Shown here: piece after piece, positions 45,495 through 56,314 of the stretch
How the letters are laid out: each line of letters starts with the position of its first letter
Numbering within the stretch: the stretch's first letter is position 1
Source: an uncultured Gemmatimonadales bacterium
Lineage (GTDB): Bacteria > Gemmatimonadota > Gemmatimonadetes > Gemmatimonadales > GWC2-71-9
Direction: 5' to 3'
Length of the DNA stretch: 64,000 bases
Assembly (NCBI GenBank): GCA_963842945.1
Contig: CAWJIM010000002.1
Location: forward strand, 288,001-352,000
Notes under the pieces: model-generated
Told to the model about the DNA's origin: nothing
Databases searched by the model: none
The model's input: only the letters and a program-made list of their open reading frames with translations
Translations under genes and position numbers: made by a program

Positions 45495-46743
45495 TTGACT
45501 GCCCCCGCTAGCGCGCCCGCCGAGTCAGCATTCACCTCTCCGCTTCATCGTCGCCTTTCCTGGATAGCCGCGCTCGCCTTTGCTTCCGGGTTCCCCTTCG
45601 GCCTGATCAACGAAACCATTCCGATCTACCTGCGCAGCAGCGGCGCGAGTCTGGTGGACATTGGCCACTTGGCCAAGCTGAGTTTGCCCTGGAGTCTCAA
45701 GTGGATCTGGGCCCCCCTGGTGGACAGGCACGGCAGCAGACGGCGATGGATCACGGCCTGCCTGCTCGGTCTGGCAGGACTCACCTTCGCGCTGGGCAGC
45801 TTCCCAGCAGGACGCCTGAGTTCAGTCTTCTGGGTTGTCCTCGCCGCCATCGTTGTGCTGTCGGCAACGCAGGACATCGCCATCGACGCGTACACCATTC
45901 AATCCACGACCACCCGCGAGCTCGGCGTCGCGAATTCCGTGCGGATCACCCTGTACCGGGTGGGCATGCTGAGCGCCGGGGGACTGCTGGTGTGGGTGGC
46001 CGGCCGGATCGGCTGGTCGTCGAGCCTCAAGGTGGGAGCCGGTGTGCTCGCCCTGCTGGCGCTCTGCGCCTCGCTCCTGCCGCCGATCGATCGCGCCAGC
46101 GGACACGCTCACAGCCTCTGGGAGCCGATCCGGGAGCTCTTTGCCAGACCCGGGATCGGCGCGGTGATCGTGTTTGCGTTGATCTTCAAGTTCGACATAG
46201 CGGCGCTGGAGCCGATGATGCGCCCATTCTGGGTGGACAGCGGCCTGACGCTGGAACAGATCGGGGCGGTGATTACCTCCGGCCGACTGGTCGCGACCAT
46301 CGCCGGCGCCGGGCTGGGAGGCGTGTTCACCACCCGCTACGGCATCTTTGCCGGCCTGTGGGTCCTGGGACTGGTTCAGGCCCTGTCCGGGCTCGATCTA
46401 CTGGGGCACGGCCGTTGGGATGGAGCAGAACCTGCTGGCGAATAGCGGGGGCTTTGGAGGCAAGACACTCATCGTTGGTGCAGCGTACTTCGAGAGTTTT
46501 GCCGCTGGACTGGGAACCTCGGCCTACCTTGCCTTCCTCATGTCCGTTTGCGAGAAGCGGTATGCCGCGACCCAGTTCGCGGTTCTCTCCGCGCTGCTGG
46601 CGCTCACCCGCTGGATCGCCGGCGACGTCTCCGGTGAACTGGCCGAGCGACTGGGGTACGCCAACTACTTCCTCGTGACTTTTTTCCTGGGGCTACCCGC
46701 CTTTGCGCTGATTCCCCGCCTGCGGCACGCGAGTCGAGCATGA
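45495..46743 (+). CDS. ampG: AmpG-family muropeptide MFS permease; frameshifted
   Basis: FASGFPF, LPWSLKWIWAPLVD, SATQDIAIDAY, YRVGM, YAATQFAVLS. Confidence 0.85.
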
Positions 46744-46755
46744 GGAGTCGGCGGC

Positions 46756-48204
46756 TCAGCGCGGTTTAGTGAACCGTTGCGCCAGCCAGCGTGCCACCGC
46801 CTCCTGCATCAGCCGCTGCCGGTGCCAGGCCAGCAACACCGGAGCGCGATTGGGCAGCTCACTCACCATGCGGGGGTGGCCAAAGAGGATCAAGAGGTCG
46901 GCTCCGGCCGCATGATGAGCCAGCGCCTCACGGGAAGCGGACCCCAGGCCTGACCGTCCCTTCCAGGCGCGCGGCTCGGCAAAGACCATGACCACCCGTG
47001 ATCCACCGGAGTAGCGCCCGATCAACTCGGGGCCGAGCGCGCGTTGCACGTAATCGGTGGAGCTCGGCGGGTACGGGCCACCCACGTCGTCGTCGACCAC
47101 CACCAGATCCAGCGGTCCCACCAGGGTCGGTGGGGCACCCCGCGCCATCCCCGCCTTCAGCAGCGTGTCCGCCAGGGCTTCGGCCGATTCAAAGGGCCCT
47201 CGGGTGACCGGCGGGGTCGGGGCAGTCGCAGCGGAAAGCGCGCGATCATAGCGGCTGAGCGACTCCTCCAGCCGTTCCCGGCTCAGGTTGCCGCTGGCCA
47301 GCGCTGCCTCCAGAGCGTCCCGCACTCGACGGGGATCGTTGGGATAGAGCAGCAGATCGGCTCCGGCCTGGACCGCCTGCACCGCGGCGTCGGACTCGCG
47401 CCGGCCCGACAGCGCTCCGTCCATGATCAGGGCGTCGGTGACCACCAGTCCATCGAATCGCGACTTGCCACGGAGCTCCCCCAGCAGAGTGCGGGACAGC
47501 GTGGCCGGGAGATGGGAATCGTCCAGCGACGGATAGGCCACGTGGGCGGTCATGATAGAGGCGACGCCGCTTTCGATGGCCACGGTAAACGGCAGCAGGT
47601 CGGCACTGCGCAGAGCCGCGGCCGGCGCTTCCACCACCGGCAAGGTGATGTGCGAGTCCACCGTGGTCCGGCCGTGCCCGGGATAGTGCTTGGCACAGGC
47701 CAAGGCTCCCGCGGATTGGCATCCCTCGATCCACTGCCGCACGCAGGTGGCCACTTCATTGGGATCGGCACCGAACGCCCGCGTCTGCACGATGGGGTTC
47801 TCCGGCAAGACGTCGAGGTCCGCTACGGGAGCAAAGATCCAATTGATCCCCACGGCCCGAGCCTCCTGCGCCGTCACCGAGGCGGCCCAACGGACCACGG
47901 CCGGATCTCCCAGCGACGCCAATGCCATGGGTGGAGGGAACTCGGTGAGTCCGGCAATCTGTTGTCCTGCTCCCCGCTCCAGATCGGCGGCCAGGAGCAG
48001 CGGTCGACCAGCGCGGCGCAACAGGTCGGCGGTGAGACGGCGTACGCTTTCCGCTGTCCCACCGAAGATGATGAAGCCGCCGACGCCGATCTCGAGCGCG
48101 TCGGCGATTCGGCCGGCCTCGTGGGCAAAGCCACTAAGCGCTTCCGAGCGCAGAGCCGGAAGAATCAGCCGGGCCGGCATTCGAGTGGTTGCCTCCGGGT
48201 TCAT
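46756..48204 (-). CDS. nagZ: GH3 beta-N-acetylhexosaminidase (NagZ-like)
   Basis: ADLERG, FAPVAD, KHYPGHG-x4-DSH (NagZ signature), IMTAHV, VTDAL. Confidence 0.85.
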   Translation of the reverse strand: MNPEATTRMPARLILPALRSEALSGFAHEAGRIADALEIGVGGFIIFGGTAESVRRLTADLLRRAGRPLLLAADLERGAGQQIAGLTEFPPPMALASLGDPAVVRWAASVTAQEARAVGINWIFAPVADLDVLPENPIVQTRAFGADPNEVATCVRQWIEGCQSAGALACAKHYPGHGRTTVDSHITLPVVEAPAAALRSADLLPFTVAIESGVASIMTAHVAYPSLDDSHLPATLSRTLLGELRGKSRFDGLVVTDALIMDGALSGRRESDAAVQAVQAGADLLLYPNDPRRVRDALEAALASGNLSRERLEESLSRYDRALSAATAPTPPVTRGPFESAEALADTLLKAGMARGAPPTLVGPLDLVVVDDDVGGPYPPSSTDYVQRALGPELIGRYSGGSRVVMVFAEPRAWKGRSGLGSASREALAHHAAGADLLILFGHPRMVSELPNRAPVLLAWHRQRLMQEAVARWLAQRFTKPR

Positions 48205-49313
48205 GCGGGTGTCACCGCGCCGAGCACGCGGGGGCCACCCGCCCCAGTAGCCGCGGGAAGATTTCCTGGCTGCCCGTGCAGTGTCAGGTAGCCGAGCAGG
48301 GCAAAGGCGACCGCCTCCTTGGCATCGCCAGGGAAGAACAGGTCGTCGAACCGTCGGAGCTGATGCTCGCCCCGACTCATCAGGTAGCGGGAGAGGGAGG
48401 TCATGAGGCCGGGGTGATGGCAGCCCCCGCCGGACGCCACGACCTCGACGTGAGGCGGAGTCCACCGACCGATCGCATCGGAGACGGTGCGAGCGGTCAG
48501 CTCCACCGCCGTGGCAACCGCATCCGGGCCCGGCAGCCGCCGGTGCAGCGCCTCGGCGTACGCGTCTCCGAAACGTTCCCGCCCGGTGCTCTTGGGCGGA
48601 GGCGAGCCAAAGAAAGCGTCGTCGAGCAGCTCGCCCAAGACACGCTCATCGATTTGCCCCTGCGCTGCAATCTTGCCGTCCCGATCGTAGCTGCAGCTCC
48701 GGTCCACCAGGCGCGCGGTCGCATCGATCAGCGCCATACCCGGGCCCGTGTCAAAGGCGAGCACGCCCTGATCCAGCGCGCGCTGCTCGACATAGGTGAG
48801 GTTGGCCATGCCGCCGAGATTGAGGAGAATGCGGGGCGTGTCCACCGCGGCAAAGAGCAGCACGTCAGCCATCGGCACCAGCGGGGCGCCCTGCCCTCCC
48901 GCGGCCACGTCACGGGCGCGAAAGCCGCTGACGACCCGAACCCCAAACCGCTCGGCGAGGATGGCTGGCTCACCCAGCTGCCAGGAGACCACCGGCGGCT
49001 CATGCCAAATGGTCTGTCCCGGGAATGCGATCAGGGATAGATCCGAGGCCGGCACGTTGCTGCGCTCGAGCAAGGTCTGGACGGCATCGGATGCCCACTC
49101 AGCCAGCTGCACGTGCAGGCGCGCCAGGGTTGCTGCCGTCGCCCCGTTCAGCGCTTGCCGGAGCTGGGCTCGTTCAGCGTCGGTGTAGGGCCTAGTAACG
49201 AAGTCCAGCAGTGTCGCATGAGTCGGACCCTGAAACCGGACCAGCGCTGCATCCATGCCGTCCAAGGAGGTGCCCGACATCAGGCCAATCGCCAGCGTGG
49301 GTCGCTCTGTCAT
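48201..49313 (-). CDS. anmK: Anhydro-N-acetylmuramic acid kinase
   Basis: GLMSGTSLDGMD, GQTIWH, AGGQGAPLVP, LNLGGMAN, FDTGPG, PKSTGRE, KEAVAFA. Confidence 0.95.
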   Translation of the reverse strand: MTERPTLAIGLMSGTSLDGMDAALVRFQGPTHATLLDFVTRPYTDAERAQLRQALNGATAATLARLHVQLAEWASDAVQTLLERSNVPASDLSLIAFPGQTIWHEPPVVSWQLGEPAILAERFGVRVVSGFRARDVAAGGQGAPLVPMADVLLFAAVDTPRILLNLGGMANLTYVEQRALDQGVLAFDTGPGMALIDATARLVDRSCSYDRDGKIAAQGQIDERVLGELLDDAFFGSPPPKSTGRERFGDAYAEALHRRLPGPDAVATAVELTARTVSDAIGRWTPPHVEVVASGGGCHHPGLMTSLSRYLMSRGEHQLRRFDDLFFPGDAKEAVAFALLGYLTLHGQPGNLPAATGAGGPRVLGAVTPA

Positions 49314-50236
49314 CGGGAACGCACCGGCGGCGGATCCCCGACCACGGGACGGAGGCGGCCCTCGTGCTCGGCCAGCAGCTGTTCGGCTTCTCCCTTACTC
49401 ACCCCTCGTCGAGCCATCACGATGGCCGTCTTGACACTGCCCTCGGCCGCGTCGATCACTGCACGAGCGGCCCCACGATCCAGTCCGGTGGTCTCCATCA
49501 CGATGCGTTGGCTCCGATCGATGAGCTTGTCGTTCCAGGCGCGCAGATCGACCATCAGATTGCCGTAAATCTTTCCCAAGCGGATCATCGCTCCCGTGGT
49601 CAGGGTATTGAGCACCAGCTTGGTAGCGGTGCCCGCCTTCATTCGGGTGGAGCCGGTGACGATCTCGGGGCCGACCAGCACGGTGATGAACACGTCGCAG
49701 ACTCTGGTCAGCTGCGAGGGCGGGTCCGAGCAGGAGACCAGAACGGTGCGGGCGCCGAGAGCGTGGGCTCGAATCAGACCGGCCCTGACATAGGGAGTGG
49801 TGCCGCTCGCGGCGATACCGACGACCACATCGTTGGAGCCGACTCGCAGGGAATCGATGGCCGCCTCGGCGGCGCCGGTGTCATCTTCCGCCCCCTCGAC
49901 TGACCGCACCAGCGCGGCGGACCCGCCCGCGATCAGTCCCACAACCATGTCGGGGGGAGTTCCGAAGGTGGGCGGACATTCCGCGGCGTCAAGCACCCCA
50001 AGACGGCCGCTGGTTCCGGCGCCGACGTACACGACCCGCCCGCCGGCTCGGAATGCTGCCTCGATGAGCTCGATGGCTTTCGCGATTTCGATGCGGGCTC
50101 GGGCAACAGCGCCGGGAACGGTGGCGTCTTCGGCGCCGATGAGATCAACGATCTCGAGCGCGGAGGCGGTATCGATGGCAGTGCTGCGAGGATTACGCCG
50201 TTCGGTCAGGCGTGTGTCGATATAGTCTTCAGCCAC
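49310..50236 (-). CDS. murQ: N-acetylmuramic acid 6-phosphate etherase
   Basis: TERRNP, GAGTSGRLGVLDAAECPPTF, EGAED, GPEIVTGSTRMKAGTATK, NLMVD. Confidence 0.96.
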   Translation of the reverse strand: MAEDYIDTRLTERRNPRSTAIDTASALEIVDLIGAEDATVPGAVARARIEIAKAIELIEAAFRAGGRVVYVGAGTSGRLGVLDAAECPPTFGTPPDMVVGLIAGGSAALVRSVEGAEDDTGAAEAAIDSLRVGSNDVVVGIAASGTTPYVRAGLIRAHALGARTVLVSCSDPPSQLTRVCDVFITVLVGPEIVTGSTRMKAGTATKLVLNTLTTGAMIRLGKIYGNLMVDLRAWNDKLIDRSQRIVMETTGLDRGAARAVIDAAEGSVKTAIVMARRGVSKGEAEQLLAEHEGRLRPVVGDPPPVRSR

Positions 50237-50294
50237 GCAAGCGAAGGATGGGAGTATCCAGCCATCAGCGTCGCGCTAAATTAGGACCACTCCG

Positions 50295-52053
50295 ATGTTC
50301 GGGGCAACTCTCTCATTTCAGGTCACTTACTCCGGAGCCCGTGTGCGAGTTCCTGCTGCCCTGCTGGCCCTGTCAGTCACCCTGGCCTGTGGTCATCCCT
50401 CCGCGACCCCGGAAGTATCGCCGGTGGCTGGTATCGGCCAGAGCTGGCCGTACCTGGGAAAGTCGCGGGTGACCGCCTCGAGACAGGCGATGGTGGTGTC
50501 CGGAAGTCCGATCGCAAGCCAGGTGGGCCGGGACATTCTCCAGCAGGGAGGGAATGCGGTGGACGCGGCGGTGGCGGTCGGCTTTGCCCTCGCGGTGGTG
50601 CATCCCGAGGCCGGCAATATCGGCGGCGGTGGCTTCATGATCATTCGTCCCCGCGATGGGAAGGTGCAGGCGCTCGACTATCGGGAGGCCGCCCCTGCCC
50701 TGGCCACCCGCGACATGTATCGCTCAGCCGGCGAAGACGGCAGTGTGACGGGGCATCTCTCGGCCGGGGTGCCCGGGGCTGTCGCCGGCTTGACCGAAGC
50801 ACACCGCCGCTACGGGCGACTTCCATTGGCCGCGGTGATCCAGCCAGCCATCCGCCTGGCGCACGAAGGATTTGCGGTGGATGAGTACCGGAGTCGCTCG
50901 ATCGGAGAGGACAGTGCCCGGCTGGTGCTCTTCCCTGCCTCACGCACCACCTTCCTACCGGCTGACCGTCCTCCTCAGCCGGGCTCGACCTTCCGCCAGC
51001 CGGAGCTCGGGGCGACGCTGGAGGCTATTCGAGACAGCGGGGCGGCCGGCTTTTATCGCGGCCGGGTGGCCGAGCTGCTGGTGGCAGAGATGAAACGGGG
51101 AGGTGGAATCATCAGCCTCAAGGACCTGGCCGACTACCGGGCCATCTGGCGCGATCCCGTCGAGATCACGTACCGCGGCTACTCCATCTATTCCATGCCG
51201 CCCGCTTCATCGGGCGGGGTGACGATGGGAGAGATTCTGAACATCATGGAGGGCTTCAACCCGCTGCCTCCATTCGGCTCCGCCGCTCTTATGCATCGCG
51301 AGGCCGAAGCGATGCGGCGCGCTTTCACCGACCGGAACACGTACCTGGGCGACCCGGCGTTCGTGCATAACCCGCTAGACCGGCTGCTGTCCAAGCAATA
51401 CGCCGCCGATCTCCGCCGCCAGATCGGAGAGCGTGCCTCTCCGACTCCGGTGTTCGAGCCTGCGCCGGCCGCAGGATCCTCGACCACCCATTACTCGGTG
51501 GTGGATGCCGAAGGGAATGCCGTCAGCTGCACCACTACCCTGAACAACAGCTATGGCAGCGCGGTGACGGTGACCGGCGCGGGCTTCCTGCTGAATGATG
51601 AGATGGACGACTTCGCCACTTCGCCGGGAGAGCCGAACATGTACGGGCTGGTTCAGGGAGAGGCCAACGCCATCGCGCCGGGAAAGCGAATGCTCTCGGC
51701 CATGACACCGAGCATCGTGCTGGACCCCGGGAAACAACTGTATCTGGTAGTGGGGACGCCCGGTGGACCGCGGATCATCACGATGGTGTATCACGTGATC
51801 TCCAACGTGATCGACCACCGGATGTCGCTGCCCGATGCGGTCATGGCCCCACGGATGCACCACCGGCTTGCCTGACAGTCTCATGGTGGAGAGCAACGGG
51901 TTTCCGCCTCAGACCCTCGACAGTCTTCGGGCTCGCGGCCATGGGGTCTCAGAGCATGGCAAGTGGGGCGACGTCGAAGGGATCATCCGCACCGCCCAGG
52001 GCTGGGAGGGCGTCAGCGATCCGCGGCTGGGTGGAGGTGGCGCGGGCTATTGA
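50295..52053 (+). CDS. ggt: Gamma-glutamyltransferase; frameshift near the C-terminus
   Basis: GGNAVDAAVA, GNIGGGGF, TTHYSVVDAEGNAVS (Thr nucleophile), LNDEMDDF, LSAMTP, GTPGG. Confidence 0.95.
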
Positions 52054-52116
52054 TTCACCAGCGCAAGCGGGAAAAGAAATACTGAGTAGCCTTCCCCGCT
52101 GTACGCTTCTTCCTGC

Positions 52117-52939
52117 TTAGCTCTGCCGGAAGCTCTCATCCAGAACCAGTGTCACCGAGGTGCCGGCCGGCACCACCACATCGCGGTCCTTGGTCTCGAC
52201 TGCGCGCTGGGTTCCCACTGCACCGCCGATCACGCCGCCGATGATGGCTCCCTTGGCGCTCCCACCGATCACCCGGCCAAGAATCGCACCCGCCGCGGCT
52301 CCGCCGCCCACCTTGGCGATGTCACCCGCGCTGGTCTTGCGACCCTCGAGTTTGCTTCCTACGTGGTCGATTCTGGCGGCTATCGGATAGGACTGACCGT
52401 TGATGGTCACCGAGGTCGGCTGCAGGGTCAGCGTGCCGGTCTTGTCGCTCTTATTCTCGGATTCCTTGATCGCGGTCACCTTCAGCGCAACCTCGGAGCC
52501 GGCGGGAATCACGACCCGTCCCGACTTGTCCTTCACGTCGTTGGTGATCTTCGCCATGACCGTGTCACCCACCTTGTTCTTGTTGGAACGGATCTCAGCC
52601 GTGGTCGCGGCGGTCAGACTGGTGCCGGCGGCCAGACTCGCAACCGAGCTGGTGGTAGTGGAAGGCGCCGGAGCGGGGGTAGTGGGCGTCGATGCGGTCG
52701 CCGGAGGAGTGCTCGGCGAGGCTCGTGGTTGGCCGGCTGGGCTTCGTGGGCGTACGGGGGGCCGGCGCCGGAGTGGGGGCGCTCGCCGTGGGGCGATCGT
52801 TCAACTCCGCCGTCGTGTCGACCGGCGCAAGCTGAAGGTCACGGCTCAGACTGTCCGCCGTGGCGGCCTGCTCCCGGTCGCCCCGGCCGCAGGCCGCGAT
52901 GGCGGCCAACGTAAGCGCTGCAATAATGGTTCTCGACAT
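52117..52939 (-). CDS. Hypothetical lipoprotein with Pro-rich linker and glycine-zipper segment; frameshifted
   Basis: RBS AGGAGG; lipobox IAAC; VIPAGS; GGGAAAGAILGRVIGG..GAIIGGVIGG. Confidence 0.75.
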
Positions 52940-52999
52940 CGAAGCCTCCTTGATGTGACTTGCTCGGGTTCCGCGGCCCAGTGACATTCCAGCTCTGTT

Positions 53000-54760
53000 A
53001 TGCGTGAGCTGCGGACCCTCCTCCCTTATCTCAAGCCATACCGCCGAGCCTACCTTGTCGGCTTGACCCTCGTGGTCGTGTCGAACTTCTTCGCCACCCT
53101 CGGCCCCCGTTTTCTTCAACAGGGCATCGATGCCCTCCGAGCCGGGGGCGAGTTTCGCCACGTGCAGGAGGCGGTCGTTTTGCTGCTCGCCGTTGCCCTG
53201 GCAGGTGGCGTGGCCCGCTACGGAATGCGCGAGCTGCTCAACAGCGGCAGCCGTCGCGTTGAGACCGACCTGCGAGACCAACTATACGTCCACCTGCAGC
53301 GGATGTCGGCCGAATTTTACGACCGGTACCCGACCGGTGATGTGATGGCCCGCACAACCAACGATCTGCTCGCGGTGCGAATGGTGGCGGGCCCCGCTCT
53401 AATGTACCTGGTCGATACCACTATACGCGCCCTGCTGGTGGCGCCGGCGATGGTCACCATCAGCCCCCGGCTGACCCTGCTGGCCCTGATACCGCTCCTG
53501 GGTCTTCCGGTCGCGATGGTCTCCCTGGGCCGCATGATTCACGTTCGATCCCAGGCGATTCAGGCCCAGTTCAGTGAGCTCACCACTCACGCTCACGAGA
53601 ACCTCTCCGGCGTGCGCGTGGTGCGAGCCTATCGGCAGGAAGGCGCCGAGATCGAGCACTTCCGCCAACTGAGCGACGAATATATGGAGCGTAACCTGGG
53701 GCTGGCCCGGGTTCAGGGTGCGTTCTTCCCTCTGCTTACCCTGCTGGGCGGCGCGAGCGGTTTGGTCGTGCTGTACGCGGGCGGGAGGCTGGTGATGTCC
53801 GGCTCGGTTTCGACGGGCGAGTTCGTGGCCTTCGGCGTGTATCTCGCCATGTTGGTCTGGCCAATGATTGCGCTCGGCTGGGCCGTCAATCTGGTACAGA
53901 GGGGAGCTGCATCCATGGGCCGAATCAACCAGCTGTTTCGGGAGGAGCCCGCCATTACCAGCCCCCTTTCAGCCGTCGTCCTCCCAGCCGCGGGCCGGGC
54001 GCGAGCCGTGGAGTTTCGCGATGTCTGGTTCCGTTACCCTGGCGCGAAAGAGCGGGGCTGGGTCCTGCAGGAGATCTCGTTCAGCGTGCGGCCAGGAGCA
54101 TCGCTGGCCATCGTCGGCGCTACCGGCTCAGGCAAGTCCACGCTGGTCGATCTTCTCGTTCGGGCCTACGACCCCGATCGTGGCTCGGTGCTGATCGACG
54201 GTATCGACATCCGACAGCTGGCCCTGGAAGACCTTCGACGCGCTGTCGGGTTCGTGCCCCAGGAAACTTTTCTCTTCGGCGAGAGCCTGCGCCGCAACAT
54301 CCTTCTGGGTGCGCCCGACGATGGGCGGCTGGACGAAGTGGCGCGCGTGGCGCAGCTGACCGAGGCGCTACCAGCGCTGCCGGACGGATACGAGACTCTG
54401 ATCGGCGAGCGAGGGATCAATCTCTCTGGGGGCCAAAAGCAACGAGCGGCCATTGCGCGGGCGCTGGCCCAGGACCCGCCGATTTTTGTGCTGGACGATG
54501 CGTTGAGCGCGGTAGACGCTCAGACGGAGGCCCGCATTCTGGCGGGGCTTCGGAGCGCACTCTCCGGCCGAACCAGCATTATCGTCTCCCACCGCCTCGC
54601 CGCGGTTCGGGATGCCGATTGGATCCTGGTACTCGATGGCGGCCATATTGTGGAACAGGGTGTCCACGCCGAGCTGCTGGCCGCGGGTGGCCGTTACTGG
54701 GAGCTGCTCCGGCGGCAGCAGATGGAGGAGGAGTTGGAGGAGGTTAGAGATTCGACTTGA
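53000..54760 (+). CDS. ABC exporter, fused permease/ATPase (MdlA/MsbA-like)
   Basis: TM domain; GATGSGKST, VPQE, LSGGQKQR, LDDALSAVD, SHRL. Confidence 0.93.
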   Translation: MRELRTLLPYLKPYRRAYLVGLTLVVVSNFFATLGPRFLQQGIDALRAGGEFRHVQEAVVLLLAVALAGGVARYGMRELLNSGSRRVETDLRDQLYVHLQRMSAEFYDRYPTGDVMARTTNDLLAVRMVAGPALMYLVDTTIRALLVAPAMVTISPRLTLLALIPLLGLPVAMVSLGRMIHVRSQAIQAQFSELTTHAHENLSGVRVVRAYRQEGAEIEHFRQLSDEYMERNLGLARVQGAFFPLLTLLGGASGLVVLYAGGRLVMSGSVSTGEFVAFGVYLAMLVWPMIALGWAVNLVQRGAASMGRINQLFREEPAITSPLSAVVLPAAGRARAVEFRDVWFRYPGAKERGWVLQEISFSVRPGASLAIVGATGSGKSTLVDLLVRAYDPDRGSVLIDGIDIRQLALEDLRRAVGFVPQETFLFGESLRRNILLGAPDDGRLDEVARVAQLTEALPALPDGYETLIGERGINLSGGQKQRAAIARALAQDPPIFVLDDALSAVDAQTEARILAGLRSALSGRTSIIVSHRLAAVRDADWILVLDGGHIVEQGVHAELLAAGGRYWELLRRQQMEEELEEVRDST

Positions 54761-55473
54761 GAAATTCCGGTGTCAGGCCCTGCAGCCACGATGCCAGCCG
54801 GGTGAACTGCCCCGTCATCAGCAGCACCCCAACCAGTACCAACAAGGCCCCACTGATTCGCATCACCCATGGAAGCAGCGGCCTGAAACGCTGAAACCAG
54901 CGGAGGAACCACTCGGTTGCCATGGCCGCCAGCAGGAAGGGCAGCGCCAGGCCCGCCGAGTAAACCGCCAGGAGCAGCACGCCGCGGTGTACGTCGCCGG
55001 AGCTCGCCGCGAGACTGAGGATGCCGCCGAGAACCGGGCCGATGCAGGGGGTCCATCCCGCCGCAAACACCATCCCGACCAGGGCTGATCCGAGGTATCC
55101 CACCGGCTTGCGCTCTAACTGAACGCCGATGCTCCTGGCCCAACAGCGGATTCCGGATGACCCCCAGGCAGATCAACCCGAATCCAACGATGAGCGCACC
55201 ACCGATGCGCTGGACCCATACCTGGTAGTAGTTCAGTGTGCGGCCAAGCGCGGTCGCGCTGGCGCCCAGCAGAATGAACACCAGAGAGAAGCCGCAGACA
55301 AAGAGTATGGCGTGGATCAGAGCAACGCGGCGGCGCTGCTCTACCTCCGGCAGTGTCATCCCGGTAAGAAATCCCAGATAGCTGGGTACCAGCGGAAGCA
55401 CGCAGGGGGACAAGAAGCTCAGGAGCCCTCCGAGAAAAGCAACCAACAGTCCCAGGGCGGCAGGCTCGTTCAC
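54744..55473 (-). CDS. ccdA: CcdA-family protein; frameshifted
   Basis: SFLSPCVLPLVPSY and AGWTPCIGPVL. Confidence 0.9.
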
Positions 55474-55940
55474 AGCGGCCCCAGCTCACGCTGCCGACAC
55501 GAACGGCACACTCCGTAGATCTCCACTCGATGCCGCTGATGTTGGAAACCGTGCTCGTCGGCCAGGACGGGCAGCATGCGCTCGAGACGTTCGTTGGCGA
55601 ACTCCACCACCGTCCCGCAACGCTCACAGATCAGGTGTTCGTGGTCGGCCTGAGCCGCCCGGGGCTCAAAGCGCTTGAAACCTTCACCGAACTCATGAGC
55701 CCGGACCAGTCCACTTTCAACCAGAAGGTCGAGGGTGCGGTACACGGTGGCCAGGCCAACCTGCTCGCCCCGCTCTTTCAGCTGGCGTCGGATGGCCTCT
55801 ACCGAGAGATGATCGTTGGAATGAAAGACCAGCTGCGCGACCAGATCCCGCTGGCGGGTGATCGGCTGATGGTGCTCCCGAAGGTGACGGCGGAACCGTT
55901 CGAGAAGGGCGGCTCCGTCCGCGTTATCCAGACGAGCCAT
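55470..55940 (-). CDS. fur: Fur-family transcriptional regulator
   Basis: TRQR, HLS, GLATVYRTL, HEHLICERCG, YGVCRSC. Fur/Zur/PerR subtype not resolved. Confidence 0.88.
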   Translation of the reverse strand: MARLDNADGAALLERFRRHLREHHQPITRQRDLVAQLVFHSNDHLSVEAIRRQLKERGEQVGLATVYRTLDLLVESGLVRAHEFGEGFKRFEPRAAQADHEHLICERCGTVVEFANERLERMLPVLADEHGFQHQRHRVEIYGVCRSCRQRELGPL

Positions 55941-56310
55941 GGTGAGCAGCGCCGGGAGCGGCACTGGCGGAGAACCAGGACTCGGGAGCTACCGGAATTG
56001 GCGGATGTTCGTCGTCCAGCCGGCCTTGAGCCTCCTGCAGAACTCGGGCTAGCGCCTCGAGCGGCCCGGTGCCGACTTCGAGTATGGTAGACTCGAACTT
56101 GCCTCGTTCCTTGCCTTTGATGGCCAGCACGTAGCCGGCCGTATAGATCCGGCGGCGCTCCCCATCCACCCGGGACAGCACTGCCGTGCCCCATTCCCGG
56201 CTGTCCCGCCGAACCGGCGCGAAGATCCATACGCCATCGACTTCGTCGGGTGGAAGGACCTGAGCCACGGCCTGCGCCAAGCGGTCCCACCCCGAGCCGG
56301 TCGAGGTCAT
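55924..56310 (-). CDS. Hypothetical protein
   Basis: Clean ORF tightly packed between neighbours; EVDGVWIFAPVRRDSREWGTAV. Confidence 0.7.
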   Translation of the reverse strand: MTSTGSGWDRLAQAVAQVLPPDEVDGVWIFAPVRRDSREWGTAVLSRVDGERRRIYTAGYVLAIKGKERGKFESTILEVGTGPLEALARVLQEAQGRLDDEHPPIPVAPESWFSASAAPGAAHHGSSG

Positions 56311-56314
56311 GCCT

